From: Candidatus Thorarchaeota archaeon
GTDB lineage: Archaea > Asgardarchaeota > Thorarchaeia > Thorarchaeales > Thorarchaeaceae
Assembly (NCBI GenBank): GCA_003345595.1
Contig: PRDI01000075.1
Span: 11,276 to 75,275, forward strand
DNA: 64,000 nt
Reading direction: 5' to 3'
Part shown: one piece after another, positions 18,408-27,890 of the stretch
Layout: each line of letters begins with the position of its first letter
Position numbering within the stretch: the first letter of the stretch is position 1
Made by a program: the position numbers and the translations under genes
The notes under the pieces: model-generated
What the model was told of the DNA's origin: nothing
Seen by the model: the letters and a program-made list of their open reading frames with translations, nothing else
The model's database searches: none

Positions 18408-20539
18408 AGTTCGTCACCTCCATAGGATTGGTCCTTAGTTTCTCTGTCAGTCCTTCGTTTCTCGAGGAGTTCAAGGTCCTGTTGGCGGCCTGGGCACTTT
18501 GTCCAATTCAGACATGTTTCCCACGCCCTCTTCCCGGACTGAATCTTGATCATGCGATGTCCGCAATGAGGGCAGATCCTGTCCAGGGGCATCAGCTTGC
18601 CTTTCTGCGGCAAAGGAAAGGTCACGTTACACGTTCCCCTCTTATAGTTCGAACACCCCACAAACCTCTTTCGGGTCTTTGGTGAGTAAACGACAACTAG
18701 AGTTCCATCAGCGCAACTGGGACAAGGCCCTATTTCCTGCTCCTCTCTCCAGTACCTTCGCAGTCCCTTCGCTAGGGCTTGGCCTATGTCTTCCTCCTGC
18801 GATTTGAAGTCCTGCAGTAGTTTCGCGAGCTCAGTCTTAGCGTCAGAAAGCACGCTTTCTCTTTGCCCAACGCCTTGCTGAATCTCCTCCATCTTCAGTT
18901 CGAGCCGGCGTGTCATATCAGCGGACAACATGTCGGGCACGTGTAGTTGGAGAGTTTCAAAGGCCGCATAGCCCAGCGCGGAGAGTTCAAACCGACCGCC
19001 GAGCGTGTACCCTCTAGAGTTGATGGAGTCGATAATCCCGGCACGAGTGGATTTTGTACCCAAGTTCTCCTTCTCCAGTAATTTCAGTAGACTGGATGGA
19101 TTGAAACGAGCAGGGGGCGGCGTATACTTCTCATCAGCATGAACCGACGTTAGGTCAATCAAATCGCCTTCGCTGAGCGGGGGCATTGCTTTCTCGTTCG
19201 TAATAGCATAGGGGCCGTAGAAGCTAGTCCATCCAGCCTCGAGGACTCCCAAGCTCCTCAGGTAGAAGAGGTGTCCATCGCATCTGATGTCGGCTCTCAC
19301 GACTTGTTTCACAGCAGGCTCTCCGAACAAAGCGAGGAACCTGCGCACCACCAAGTCATACACCTTCTCTTCGTTTGCTGCCAGCTTCTTAGTGGGTAGA
19401 TTTCCCGTCGGCAGTATCGCGGGATGTGCTGGGTCTTCCATCTCACCCTGCACTGGTACCAAGCTCTTGCGCTGAAGAAGACGTCCAACAAGTGGAATGT
19501 ACTTGCTCATCTTTCCAATGTCTTCGAGCGTCTGTCTGATATTCAGAGCAGATGGCACCTTTTGGCTGTTAGTCCTAGGATATGTGATGAGAGCATCAAG
19601 ATACAATCCCTGTGCAATCTGCAGGGTTCGGCTTGGTCGGAGTTCGAAATGCCTGTACGCCTCCGCCTGGAGGTCACTGAGATTGAAGGGGGGCGGGGGG
19701 TTCTGTGAGAAGGTTCTGCTTGTGATCGAGCTCACGCGACCAGTTCGACCAAGCAGACTCTTTACCAGGATGTCTGCTTGTGTCTTTGTTTCAATCCTTC
19801 TCTTGCTGTACTCCAGACTTATTTGCTGTCCATCTAGAACCGCTGTAGTAGACAAGGTCCAGAACGGTATCGGTACAAAGAGATTGATCTGCTGATCGCG
19901 TTCCGCCACAAATGCTAGTGTGGGACCTTGAACTCTTCCTGTCGAAACAATCCTGAACAGTCCTGTTGCGTTCTTTATGGCGAGCGTGAGCGCGCGTGTG
20001 AGATTGATGCCATACAGCCAGTCCACTTCATGTCTCACGCAGCCTGACTTGATCATAGGAAAATCGAGAGTCGGCATCAGGGTTTCATAGGCTCTCTGCA
20101 ATTCTGGTTTAGTCAGGGACGAGAAGGCCATCCTCTGTGCTCTTGAGGGGTCGATACCACAGACATGTTTGACAATCAAGTAGCCAATCAGACTTCCTTC
20201 GATATCGTAGTCCGTGGCCACAACAAACTTGTCAGCATCCACAGAGAGGCGTCTTATCAGTTCGATGACCGGCTTGGTGTTGCCTGCGTTCCTTTCGACT
20301 TCATATTTGGGTGCCCACTCTGTATCGAGTCGTGGATACGTCCATCCTCTCTCAGTCTGCCGAAGCTCATACAGATGTCCAAGAGCGTAGACAACGGTGA
20401 GAGAGTCACCCCGGCATTTGCACTCATAGTATGAGGCTTTTCCACTCTTGACTTCATGGGAGCCAGAGTGATCATCGAGTGCCTCAGCTATTCTCTTAGC
20501 CGCATTTGGTTTTTCCGAGATCACAAGGACCCGGGACAG
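18404..20539 (-). CDS. topA: DNA topoisomerase IA (probable CTG start; ORF-track TTG at 20593)
   Basis: VISEKP, GHL, ATDYDIEG, STGRVQGPTL, ITYPRT active Tyr, C-terminal zinc ribbons. Confidence 0.95.
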   Translation of the reverse strand: MSRVLVISEKPNAAKRIAEALDDHSGSHEVKSGKASYYECKCRGDSLTVVYALGHLYELRQTERGWTYPRLDTEWAPKYEVERNAGNTKPVIELIRRLSVDADKFVVATDYDIEGSLIGYLIVKHVCGIDPSRAQRMAFSSLTKPELQRAYETLMPTLDFPMIKSGCVRHEVDWLYGINLTRALTLAIKNATGLFRIVSTGRVQGPTLAFVAERDQQINLFVPIPFWTLSTTAVLDGQQISLEYSKRRIETKTQADILVKSLLGRTGRVSSITSRTFSQNPPPPFNLSDLQAEAYRHFELRPSRTLQIAQGLYLDALITYPRTNSQKVPSALNIRQTLEDIGKMSKYIPLVGRLLQRKSLVPVQGEMEDPAHPAILPTGNLPTKKLAANEEKVYDLVVRRFLALFGEPAVKQVVRADIRCDGHLFYLRSLGVLEAGWTSFYGPYAITNEKAMPPLSEGDLIDLTSVHADEKYTPPPARFNPSSLLKLLEKENLGTKSTRAGIIDSINSRGYTLGGRFELSALGYAAFETLQLHVPDMLSADMTRRLELKMEEIQQGVGQRESVLSDAKTELAKLLQDFKSQEEDIGQALAKGLRRYWREEQEIGPCPSCADGTLVVVYSPKTRKRFVGCSNYKRGTCNVTFPLPQKGKLMPLDRICPHCGHRMIKIQSGKRAWETCLNWTKCPGRQQDLELLEKRRTDRETKDQSYGGDEL

Positions 20540-20687
20540 TTCTATTCGCCTCTGGTTCTCTTGCTGTCGTCGATACTCGCGTGTTTTTAACAATGACTCT
20601 GTGCCACGCTTATGTCATGGTACAGGCCTACATCTCACGATATTTTTAAAAGCAGACCTACCGACCTCGCTCGCTGAGGTTTGCCAG

Positions 20688-21101
20688 TTGCCTGTATGGT
20701 GGCCGCGATTCATAATTAAGCCGCAAGTACGACTCACGAGGCCCCGTTTTGGAATGCCTGCACGTCCTCCCGACATAGTCCTCTTTGGAGGCCTGTTGCT
20801 GGTGGTCCTGTTTATTATGGGTGGCAACATTTACACGCTAGTCAAGACCCCACCCGCGATTGCTGCTGACTCATCAGGAAATCCAATCCTTATTGCGCCA
20901 GGTATTGATGTCCAGCTTGGACTGGAGGGGATTGTGGCCTCGGTCGTCATTTTCATAGGAACTGTTGGTGTTGGTCTCGTCTATCTGTCCTCAAAGTATG
21001 TTTTCCAGCCCGGCTACGCAACACGTCTGATGGTTCTTGGTGCAATACTTGCAGGGGGCGCATTCTTAGTCATAAGCTACCTCTATGGTCTTAAGACGTA
21101 G
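20688..21101 (+). CDS. DC2/OSTC-like (OST3/OST6 family) oligosaccharyltransferase subunit
   Basis: Three TM helices; FIMGGNIY..V..PP...QLGLEGIVAS motif; TTG start with GAGGT SD and TTTTTAAA box. Confidence 0.8.
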   Translation: MPVWWPRFIIKPQVRLTRPRFGMPARPPDIVLFGGLLLVVLFIMGGNIYTLVKTPPAIAADSSGNPILIAPGIDVQLGLEGIVASVVIFIGTVGVGLVYLSSKYVFQPGYATRLMVLGAILAGGAFLVISYLYGLKT

Positions 21102-21193
21102 GGGACGCGGCAGGTCCGCAGAACGTGCCGGCAGCGCTCCAGTCAGACAGAGCACGAAGAAAGAGAATTTCCATTTGCCCCATAACGAGTCAC

Positions 21194-21907
21194 TCATCTG
21201 AGCTGAGTATAGGGCACATTAGTTTCTGCAAGCAGAGCCGAAACAAGTTCTTTGGCAATCTCAAGCTTAATCTTCTTCCTGTCATCCGCCTGATAATGAA
21301 ACGCCCTGTCCGGTTTTGACCAGCGTCCAACCACGGTTCCGAAATCCATTCCCGCAAGGACTATGTGTCTTGGCACGTAGTGCAGCGCAATGTGACACGC
21401 CCTGTCTCCATCAGTGAACCCACCCCAGAGAAACGCTCTGTCAGTAGGCTCTACCTGAGTGCTCCCGAGTGCCTCCTTCAGTGTGGGAACGAACTGCTTG
21501 ACTCTGTCCATGTTGTCGCCATGCGCGTGTACTATTGGTAATGCTCCGTTCTTTATGACACGCTCCAAATCCCCTCTGTTTCCATCGAGGTCTGTCACAA
21601 GCACATCACAGTGTCGATCCTGTTCTAAGAATGCAGTGGCTGCACCGTCAGCAGCGATATAAGCGGCGTCTTTGAGCTCTGCCATCTGAGCGGTTTCTCT
21701 GAGATGCCGTTCGAGAGAGGGTCCTGCCCCACAGACAACGACTTCATGATTGTAGATTCGGTTTCTGAGGCGAAACAGGATTGGGGCGGGGTCTATGCCT
21801 CTGAGTAACGACGTGAGCAGAACAGTTGCATTTCTGTCGGCCTCAACACTCAGTGCCAGTCTTCCGACTATGTCAAGATAGACTGGCTGCCAAGAGCTCC
21901 ACTCCAT
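21194..21907 (-). CDS. mptE: 6-hydroxymethyl-7,8-dihydropterin pyrophosphokinase MptE
   Basis: GAGPSL, AADGA, VTDLDG, HAHGDN, GGFTDGDRA, GMDFG. Confidence 0.92.
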   Translation of the reverse strand: MEWSSWQPVYLDIVGRLALSVEADRNATVLLTSLLRGIDPAPILFRLRNRIYNHEVVVCGAGPSLERHLRETAQMAELKDAAYIAADGAATAFLEQDRHCDVLVTDLDGNRGDLERVIKNGALPIVHAHGDNMDRVKQFVPTLKEALGSTQVEPTDRAFLWGGFTDGDRACHIALHYVPRHIVLAGMDFGTVVGRWSKPDRAFHYQADDRKKIKLEIAKELVSALLAETNVPYTQLR

Positions 21908-21913
21908 GACAAA

Positions 21914-23128
21914 TCACCCGACTTGACGACTGCGGTCGGCCATTAGTGACTGTATTCCCTTGGCGATATCTATGAGTCGAAAGTACTGCATCTTGGATAT
22001 CCTCTTTGTCATTCTTCCAAGCTGAAGAGGTGTTCCCATTATCAGGATGTCCGTGTGATCAGTGCGATGATCTATGACATCGTGATGATAGGCTGCATCT
22101 CCTCCAACCGCTAGCATCTCCTGCTTGATTATGAGCGCCGCGGAGGTCGGAGCCTCCCTGATCCGGAAGCTGAGCATGACTGCCTTTTCAGCCAATGGAT
22201 GAACGATTTCTGCATCTGCACCCAGTTGCTCGATCACGAGTGCAGCCTCTCTCTCATTAGAGAGATCCATTAGCTCAATGTTATCTCTTGTCATCAATGA
22301 GGAGTGCCTGAGAGCACGTCCGATTATCGCCGCCATACGAGCTTCTTCCACGTCGTGCGCGCGAATCATGTCCGCACCGTTTGCGACTGCCAGGGATGTG
22401 GCAGCAATTGTGCCAACGATACGCGCCGCCGGGTCGGGTTGGCCAAGCAGTTGGCCTATGAACGCCTTTCTCGACACTCCCACAAGGAGTGGACGTTCCA
22501 ATAATGTGAACCGCCTGAGGTTTCTAATAATCGACAAATCAACGTCAGTAGGTTTTCCGAAGCCAATACCCGGGTCCACGACAATCCGTTCATATCCAAT
22601 CCCCTCCTCAATTGCTTTCTTCATGCTTGTCTTGAGTGTGTCCAGTGTTGCATCCAGACCTAGACACGGTTCTCCACAGTCCGCCATCAGTATGATTGGC
22701 ACATCTGCATCTGCGACCAGCTTTCCCATTTTGTTGTCCGTACGAAGGCCTGAAACATCGTTGACAAGGGCTGCGCCAAGGTCCAGTGCCGCATGTGCAA
22801 CAGTGGCGGAAGTCGTGTCGATAGATACCGGAAGATGTGTGTTGTCAACGATTGATTTGAACGCCTCTGAAACTCTTGTCAGCTCCTGATCCGCACCTAC
22901 TCTAGTTGTACCGTAGATGCTCTTTGGCGCACTGGAAGCGGCGCCCACATCGATGATGTCTGCACCTTCCCGTTCTATCTCCTGAACTTGTCGAACTATC
23001 TCGTCCCTTGAGGTCGCCACAGATCCGCCATAGAACGACTCAGGAGAGAGATTGATTACACCCATGACCCTGGTTGGGTTTTCGCGTCCAACCTTGAGTC
23101 CGTCGATGTCGGTTTCGCAAAGGCCCAT
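21914..23128 (-). CDS. folP: Dihydropteroate synthase with additional C-terminal domain
   Basis: MGVINLSPESF, IDVGA, SIDT, NDVSG, DPGIGFGK, GVSRK, RAHDV. Confidence 0.92.
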   Translation of the reverse strand: MGLCETDIDGLKVGRENPTRVMGVINLSPESFYGGSVATSRDEIVRQVQEIEREGADIIDVGAASSAPKSIYGTTRVGADQELTRVSEAFKSIVDNTHLPVSIDTTSATVAHAALDLGAALVNDVSGLRTDNKMGKLVADADVPIILMADCGEPCLGLDATLDTLKTSMKKAIEEGIGYERIVVDPGIGFGKPTDVDLSIIRNLRRFTLLERPLLVGVSRKAFIGQLLGQPDPAARIVGTIAATSLAVANGADMIRAHDVEEARMAAIIGRALRHSSLMTRDNIELMDLSNEREAALVIEQLGADAEIVHPLAEKAVMLSFRIREAPTSAALIIKQEMLAVGGDAAYHHDVIDHRTDHTDILIMGTPLQLGRMTKRISKMQYFRLIDIAKGIQSLMADRSRQVG

Positions 23129-23216
23129 GACTGGCTTTCCTCGGCTAGCCGATAGTATGGAAGAAGATAAAACCTAGGGGATGCGACAACCCCAACACCT
23201 GAGGCGGTGAACGGAG

Positions 23217-24362
23217 ATGAGCGAAAACCTAGGCAGAACACACCTCTACGATTGGCACAAGTCACACGGAGATGTAATCCCATTTGCAGGCTGGGAGATG
23301 CCCGTTCGATACACGGACATCCGTGAGGAGCATATGGCTGTAAGAAAGTCCGTTGGCATATTCGACACCACACATATGTTTCGCTTTCTCATAAGTGGTC
23401 CTCAAGCACCCGATTTGCTGCAGACTGTCACTACAAACAGCATCTCCAAACTGGGGATGAATGAAGGGCACTACTCGACTTGTCTTAATGAAAAGGCAGG
23501 GATTCATGACGACCTCATGATATACAGAATTGGTGAGCAGAAGTACATCTGGATAACTAACGCATCAAATGGTCCAAAGATCAAGGCGCACCTAGCAGCA
23601 CATGCCAAGCAGTTCAAGGTCAGTGTCGAGGACAAGTCACGAGACATTGTGATGATAGCAGTACAGGGACCACAGGCATTGACGCTGCTATCAAAGATGG
23701 CTGGAGAGGACCTCAGAAAGCTTGCCCGGTTTAGCTGTAATCCCATTAGGTTTGCGGGTCGCGACTGTTACTTATGTCGTACGGGCTATACAGGAGAGGA
23801 AGGCGGAGAGATACTGCTACTGGACACGCCGTTTAGTGAGGCTGGAAAGAAGAAGGCTATCTCATTCTGGGAAGAGATACTCAGACAGGGAAAGGACCTT
23901 GATGTGAAGCCCTGCGGGCTCGGCGCCAGAGACTCGACAAGACTTGAGGCCGGATTCGTACTTTACGGACACGAGCTCAACGAGGAGATTACTCCACTTG
24001 AGGCTCGGATTTCCTATGCAGTCAAGTTCAAGGTCGAGCCGCACTACATAGGCTACGATGCACTGCTGAAGCAGAAGCAGGAGGGTGTCACTAGAACACG
24101 TATTGGACTGCTGATGATAGACAAAGGTGTTCCACGTGAGCAATACCCCATCATGCTTGGCAACCAGCAGATAGGGGCCGTGACAAGCGGCGGCATGTCG
24201 CCTGTGCTCGACTGTGGTATTGCGTTGGCCCTCGTCAAAGCCGATGCCGTGAAGGAAGGTGACACTGTTGAAGTGGACATAAAGGGGCGACTACGAAAGG
24301 CCCGAGTGACAGGCTGGCCCTTTTACAATCCTGACGAGTACGGGGAGAACAGAACCCATTGA
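23217..24362 (+). CDS. gcvT: Glycine cleavage system T protein
   Basis: FAGWEMPVRY, EHMAVR, RTGYTGE, GLGARDSTRLEAG, VTSG. Confidence 0.96.
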   Translation: MSENLGRTHLYDWHKSHGDVIPFAGWEMPVRYTDIREEHMAVRKSVGIFDTTHMFRFLISGPQAPDLLQTVTTNSISKLGMNEGHYSTCLNEKAGIHDDLMIYRIGEQKYIWITNASNGPKIKAHLAAHAKQFKVSVEDKSRDIVMIAVQGPQALTLLSKMAGEDLRKLARFSCNPIRFAGRDCYLCRTGYTGEEGGEILLLDTPFSEAGKKKAISFWEEILRQGKDLDVKPCGLGARDSTRLEAGFVLYGHELNEEITPLEARISYAVKFKVEPHYIGYDALLKQKQEGVTRTRIGLLMIDKGVPREQYPIMLGNQQIGAVTSGGMSPVLDCGIALALVKADAVKEGDTVEVDIKGRLRKARVTGWPFYNPDEYGENRTH

Positions 24363-24419
24363 TACACAAATTAATTAAAGGGTTCTCGTTCCCACAGCAG
24401 GAACAGAAGGTGCGCGTAG

Positions 24420-24833
24420 ATGTCGAAAGGCACTTCCAAGGCAACCAAAGTCATCGATGGTCTATACTACACGAAGGAACACGAATGGGCTAGGGTTGAG
24501 GGCGACCTAGTAGTAGTTGGAATCACCGACTATGCTCAGCACGCTCTCCACGAGATTACCTTTGTTGAGATCATGCAGTCCGGCACAACTCTCAACGCCG
24601 GCGAGGAATGTGGCCTCGTTGAGTCGATGAAAGCCTCTTCGGATGTCTTCTCGCCAGTTTCTGGTCAGATAGTTGAGGTCAATACGTCGCTCGAAGACTC
24701 TCCTGAAACTGTGAACGAGGATCCGTACGGAAAAGGTTGGATGTACAAGATACGCCCCTCGAATCTCAAGGCGGACCTGAAGAAGCTCATGGACAGCAAG
24801 GCCTATGCCTCCTTTGTCGCTTCCAAGACTTAG
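24420..24833 (+). CDS. gcvH: Glycine cleavage system H protein
   Basis: HEW, GITDYAQ, VESMKA lipoyl-lysine, NEDPYGKGW. Confidence 0.96.
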   Translation: MSKGTSKATKVIDGLYYTKEHEWARVEGDLVVVGITDYAQHALHEITFVEIMQSGTTLNAGEECGLVESMKASSDVFSPVSGQIVEVNTSLEDSPETVNEDPYGKGWMYKIRPSNLKADLKKLMDSKAYASFVASKT

Positions 24834-25053
24834 GCAGAGAGTCAGTGCCGCATCGGCAGGGAGAGTCTGCCTTCAGAGGTAGAAGGTCTCGTGACCCGGT
24901 AAGTCCTTTGGATGTTGACTGAAGACTCTTGCATCCGATTCCAAGTTGTCGTATGGATGACTGGAGCCGTACAATCGATTTACGAACAGCAACCTTTTTA
25001 GCGTATCCAAGAATCGCTCGGCCGGATGCGCCCTTAATCGGAGACGTCACTCT

Positions 25054-27846
25054 ATGCCGAGCCTGAGTCACTTCAAAAGATCCGCTAGCAGGTTCCTTCA
25101 TCAAGTCTTTCACAAACCAAAAGCAAAGATATCTCGAGGATCGGTCCTTCTCATCGTTGCTCTTTGTATCATAGTCGTTTCTGCTATAGCGGTTCGTCTA
25201 GAGCCACTGCTCGACTCACAACCGATTGTCCATGAGTTTGACTCGTGGTATCAGCTTAGAGTGACTCAGTATATTGCTGCAAATGGATATGCATCATTCT
25301 TCAGCTGGTACGACCACATGAGTTGGGTGCCCTTCGGTCGCGACATAGCGGTCTCAACCTACATTGGTGTGCCGTTCACAGCCGCCACATTCTACTTTCT
25401 TCTTAATGGAATAGGTATCAGCGTGGATTTGGTGGTTGTCTGCATCATGATGGCTGGGTTCATGGGCGGCTTCGCGACACTGGCCACATTCTTTCTGGGG
25501 AAGGAGTTGTCGAACAAGTCAGTCGGACTCCTGAGCGCTCTCTTCGTGGCACTCATGCCTGCGTATATTCAGAGGACAACAGCCGGCTTTTTTGACAACG
25601 AGTCTATAGGCGTCTTTGCCATTGTGATTACCCTCCTCTTCTTCATGCGCTCTCTGAAGAGGGGTTCTCTGCCCTCTGCAGTGGCCGCAGGCCTATCTCT
25701 AGGCTATCTACAACTGTCTTGGGGAGCAGCAGACTTTCTTACGGACCTGTTTGCTCTCTATGCGTTCTTCATGTTAGTCACAGGTCGATACAGTAGTCGT
25801 CTTCTCTCAAGCTACTTGATCACGTTGAGCTTGGGTCTCTTCATTGCAAATCTGCTGCCTCGTAACAGTTTCCTGAACTCGGGGGCACTCACTTCTCTCA
25901 CATTCCTTGCTCCGGTAGGGGTGGGTGTCTTGCTTGCAGGCTATGAGGTCTGGTTGCGGGTTTCAAAGTACCGTGAGGCCACAGCAGGTGCACTGGCTCC
26001 TCATATGAAGCCAATCTTGCTAGGGATAATCGCTCCAGTCCTTGGTGTGACGGCCTATTCCGTATTTGCAGCTGGTCAAAACCTGCAGATTTCAACACTC
26101 ACTTCTAACCCCATAACTTTCGTCGGTGGTAAGTTTCTCGCTGTCATTAACCCCTTCTATCGACTTGACCAGCGTATCTTCGCATCGGTAGCCGAGCATC
26201 TCCCTGCTCCCTGGGCGAGTTTCTATCAGACGCTGATTGTGCTGATATTCTTCTTCCCGGTTGGAATGTACTTCCTGTTCAAGAGGGGCCGCGATGAAGA
26301 CTGGTTGGTAGTCCTCTTTGGAGTCACTGCAGTGTACTTCACGGGTAGTATGATCCGTCTTGGCCTGATCCTAGCACCCGCAGTTGCACTACTTGCTGCT
26401 GTCGCCGTGAACGGTGTCTTGACGCCATTCGCAAGGGTTGTTTCTCAGAAGTCCGTTTTCGAACGTCGCAGGTTTCGAATCAGCTCGTCCCTTACTTCAG
26501 AACACACGATTGCTGTCTTTACGCTCATAGGACTGCTGCTTTCGGTCAATGTCTATCTTGGAGTTCAGTACGCTGTCCAAGTAGGTGCTCCTGAGTTCGC
26601 GCCCTCAAAGCTCAGTGACACGAGCCAGTTTCTCGACTGGCAGACTGCAATGACATACGTCCGTAATGTCGTTCCCAAATCGGCAACAATAGCCAGCTGG
26701 TGGGACTATGGATACTGGATAACGTGTGCTGGCGCGGGACGGTCGATTGTAGACAATGCCACCTTCAATGCCACCCAGATAGCTCTTATGGGCTATGCCC
26801 TGATGGCTCTCAATCTCACTGAGTCACTGAAGACCTTCAAGCTGTGGAATGCATCACATGTACTGGTATACTGGGGACACGAGCTCTCGTTCTTTGGTGG
26901 GGACGAAGGAAAGTGGCCCTGGATGGTCCGCATAGCTGAAGACTATCTCGGGTCGTCAGTCATAGATGACCGTACGTACCTCGGGGACAATCTTGCGACC
27001 ACGAATACAATCGAGACTGACTACACCCTCGATCCTTTCTACTCCTCGACCCTGTATAGACTGATGTCATACGGTGAACCACTCACCTCAACCGAAGCCG
27101 ATGAGTGGGGTCTGCCGAGTGGAAGGAAATCGGTTGACTTCTATCAACCTCAAGGATACAGTTCTCCAATCAGTTATACGGGCGACACGAGATGGACCTC
27201 TCATATGCCTATCGACCTACACGGGGCGTTCAAGGGCCCCTACTATAGCTCAGACTATGGCACAGTCAAAATCTACGAGATCGACTACACCATGTATGAG
27301 CAGTATCTCAATAGGACTGCCGCTCAGTGGGCCCCCAAGGAGGGCACATTGACTGGTGTCAAAGCCGACGGCGTTCTCTCTGCCAGTGAGAAGGCCTTCC
27401 AGAGCTTCGATGGAGTTCTTGGAGGCGGCTTTGATGCCAAAGTCTACGTACAGGCCAACTCCACACAACTGTACTTTGGTCTTGAGATGGATGATTACCA
27501 AGTCGGCAATGACGCCTTCGGCATACAGATTGCGCCGCTGGGCCCGGTCACGGCATCAGACATCCGCATAGTGAACTATGCAGGCCATCAGTTCTATGAC
27601 GGTCATATTGACTACAACGGTGATTGGGCCTTCGACTCAAGTGGGGCCAATGCAACGTTGTTTGGAACAGGAGAGAACGTCACCGAGCTGATATTTCCGC
27701 TCAACTCTCTCGATCCTCAGGACCTGAACCTGAAACCGGGAATGAACTATCAGATACGGCTGCTGTTCTGGGACAATGTTGACTCAGGAGAACCGACACT
27801 CGCGACCGATTGGCGAACCATCTGGGTGCCTGTGAGCTTGTACTGA
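25054..27846 (+). CDS. aglB: Oligosaccharyltransferase catalytic subunit STT3/AglB with C-terminal DOMON/CBM9-like extension
   Basis: IVHEFDSW, DNE, SVAEH, WWDYG, DNATFN, GDEGKWPWMVRI; many TM helices. Confidence 0.95.
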   Translation: MPSLSHFKRSASRFLHQVFHKPKAKISRGSVLLIVALCIIVVSAIAVRLEPLLDSQPIVHEFDSWYQLRVTQYIAANGYASFFSWYDHMSWVPFGRDIAVSTYIGVPFTAATFYFLLNGIGISVDLVVVCIMMAGFMGGFATLATFFLGKELSNKSVGLLSALFVALMPAYIQRTTAGFFDNESIGVFAIVITLLFFMRSLKRGSLPSAVAAGLSLGYLQLSWGAADFLTDLFALYAFFMLVTGRYSSRLLSSYLITLSLGLFIANLLPRNSFLNSGALTSLTFLAPVGVGVLLAGYEVWLRVSKYREATAGALAPHMKPILLGIIAPVLGVTAYSVFAAGQNLQISTLTSNPITFVGGKFLAVINPFYRLDQRIFASVAEHLPAPWASFYQTLIVLIFFFPVGMYFLFKRGRDEDWLVVLFGVTAVYFTGSMIRLGLILAPAVALLAAVAVNGVLTPFARVVSQKSVFERRRFRISSSLTSEHTIAVFTLIGLLLSVNVYLGVQYAVQVGAPEFAPSKLSDTSQFLDWQTAMTYVRNVVPKSATIASWWDYGYWITCAGAGRSIVDNATFNATQIALMGYALMALNLTESLKTFKLWNASHVLVYWGHELSFFGGDEGKWPWMVRIAEDYLGSSVIDDRTYLGDNLATTNTIETDYTLDPFYSSTLYRLMSYGEPLTSTEADEWGLPSGRKSVDFYQPQGYSSPISYTGDTRWTSHMPIDLHGAFKGPYYSSDYGTVKIYEIDYTMYEQYLNRTAAQWAPKEGTLTGVKADGVLSASEKAFQSFDGVLGGGFDAKVYVQANSTQLYFGLEMDDYQVGNDAFGIQIAPLGPVTASDIRIVNYAGHQFYDGHIDYNGDWAFDSSGANATLFGTGENVTELIFPLNSLDPQDLNLKPGMNYQIRLLFWDNVDSGEPTLATDWRTIWVPVSLY

Positions 27847-27890
27847 AAGACATACTTGCAGTGGTCTGTTGAGCAATCAGTCGTCTACGG

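Noticed and set aside
20601-20687. ORF-track N-terminal extension of the DC2-like gene (likewise for carS, the CBS gene at 13532, nop10, ribK and the MutS-like gene)
   Set aside because: The extensions run through promoter or upstream-gene sequence; downstream starts fit SD position and homology better
24859-24925. Glycine riboswitch next to the gcv genes
   Set aside because: Only GGAGAG plus a hairpin match; the core CCGAAG and UCAGG motifs are missing and the element is downstream of the operon. Kept only as an unknown structure
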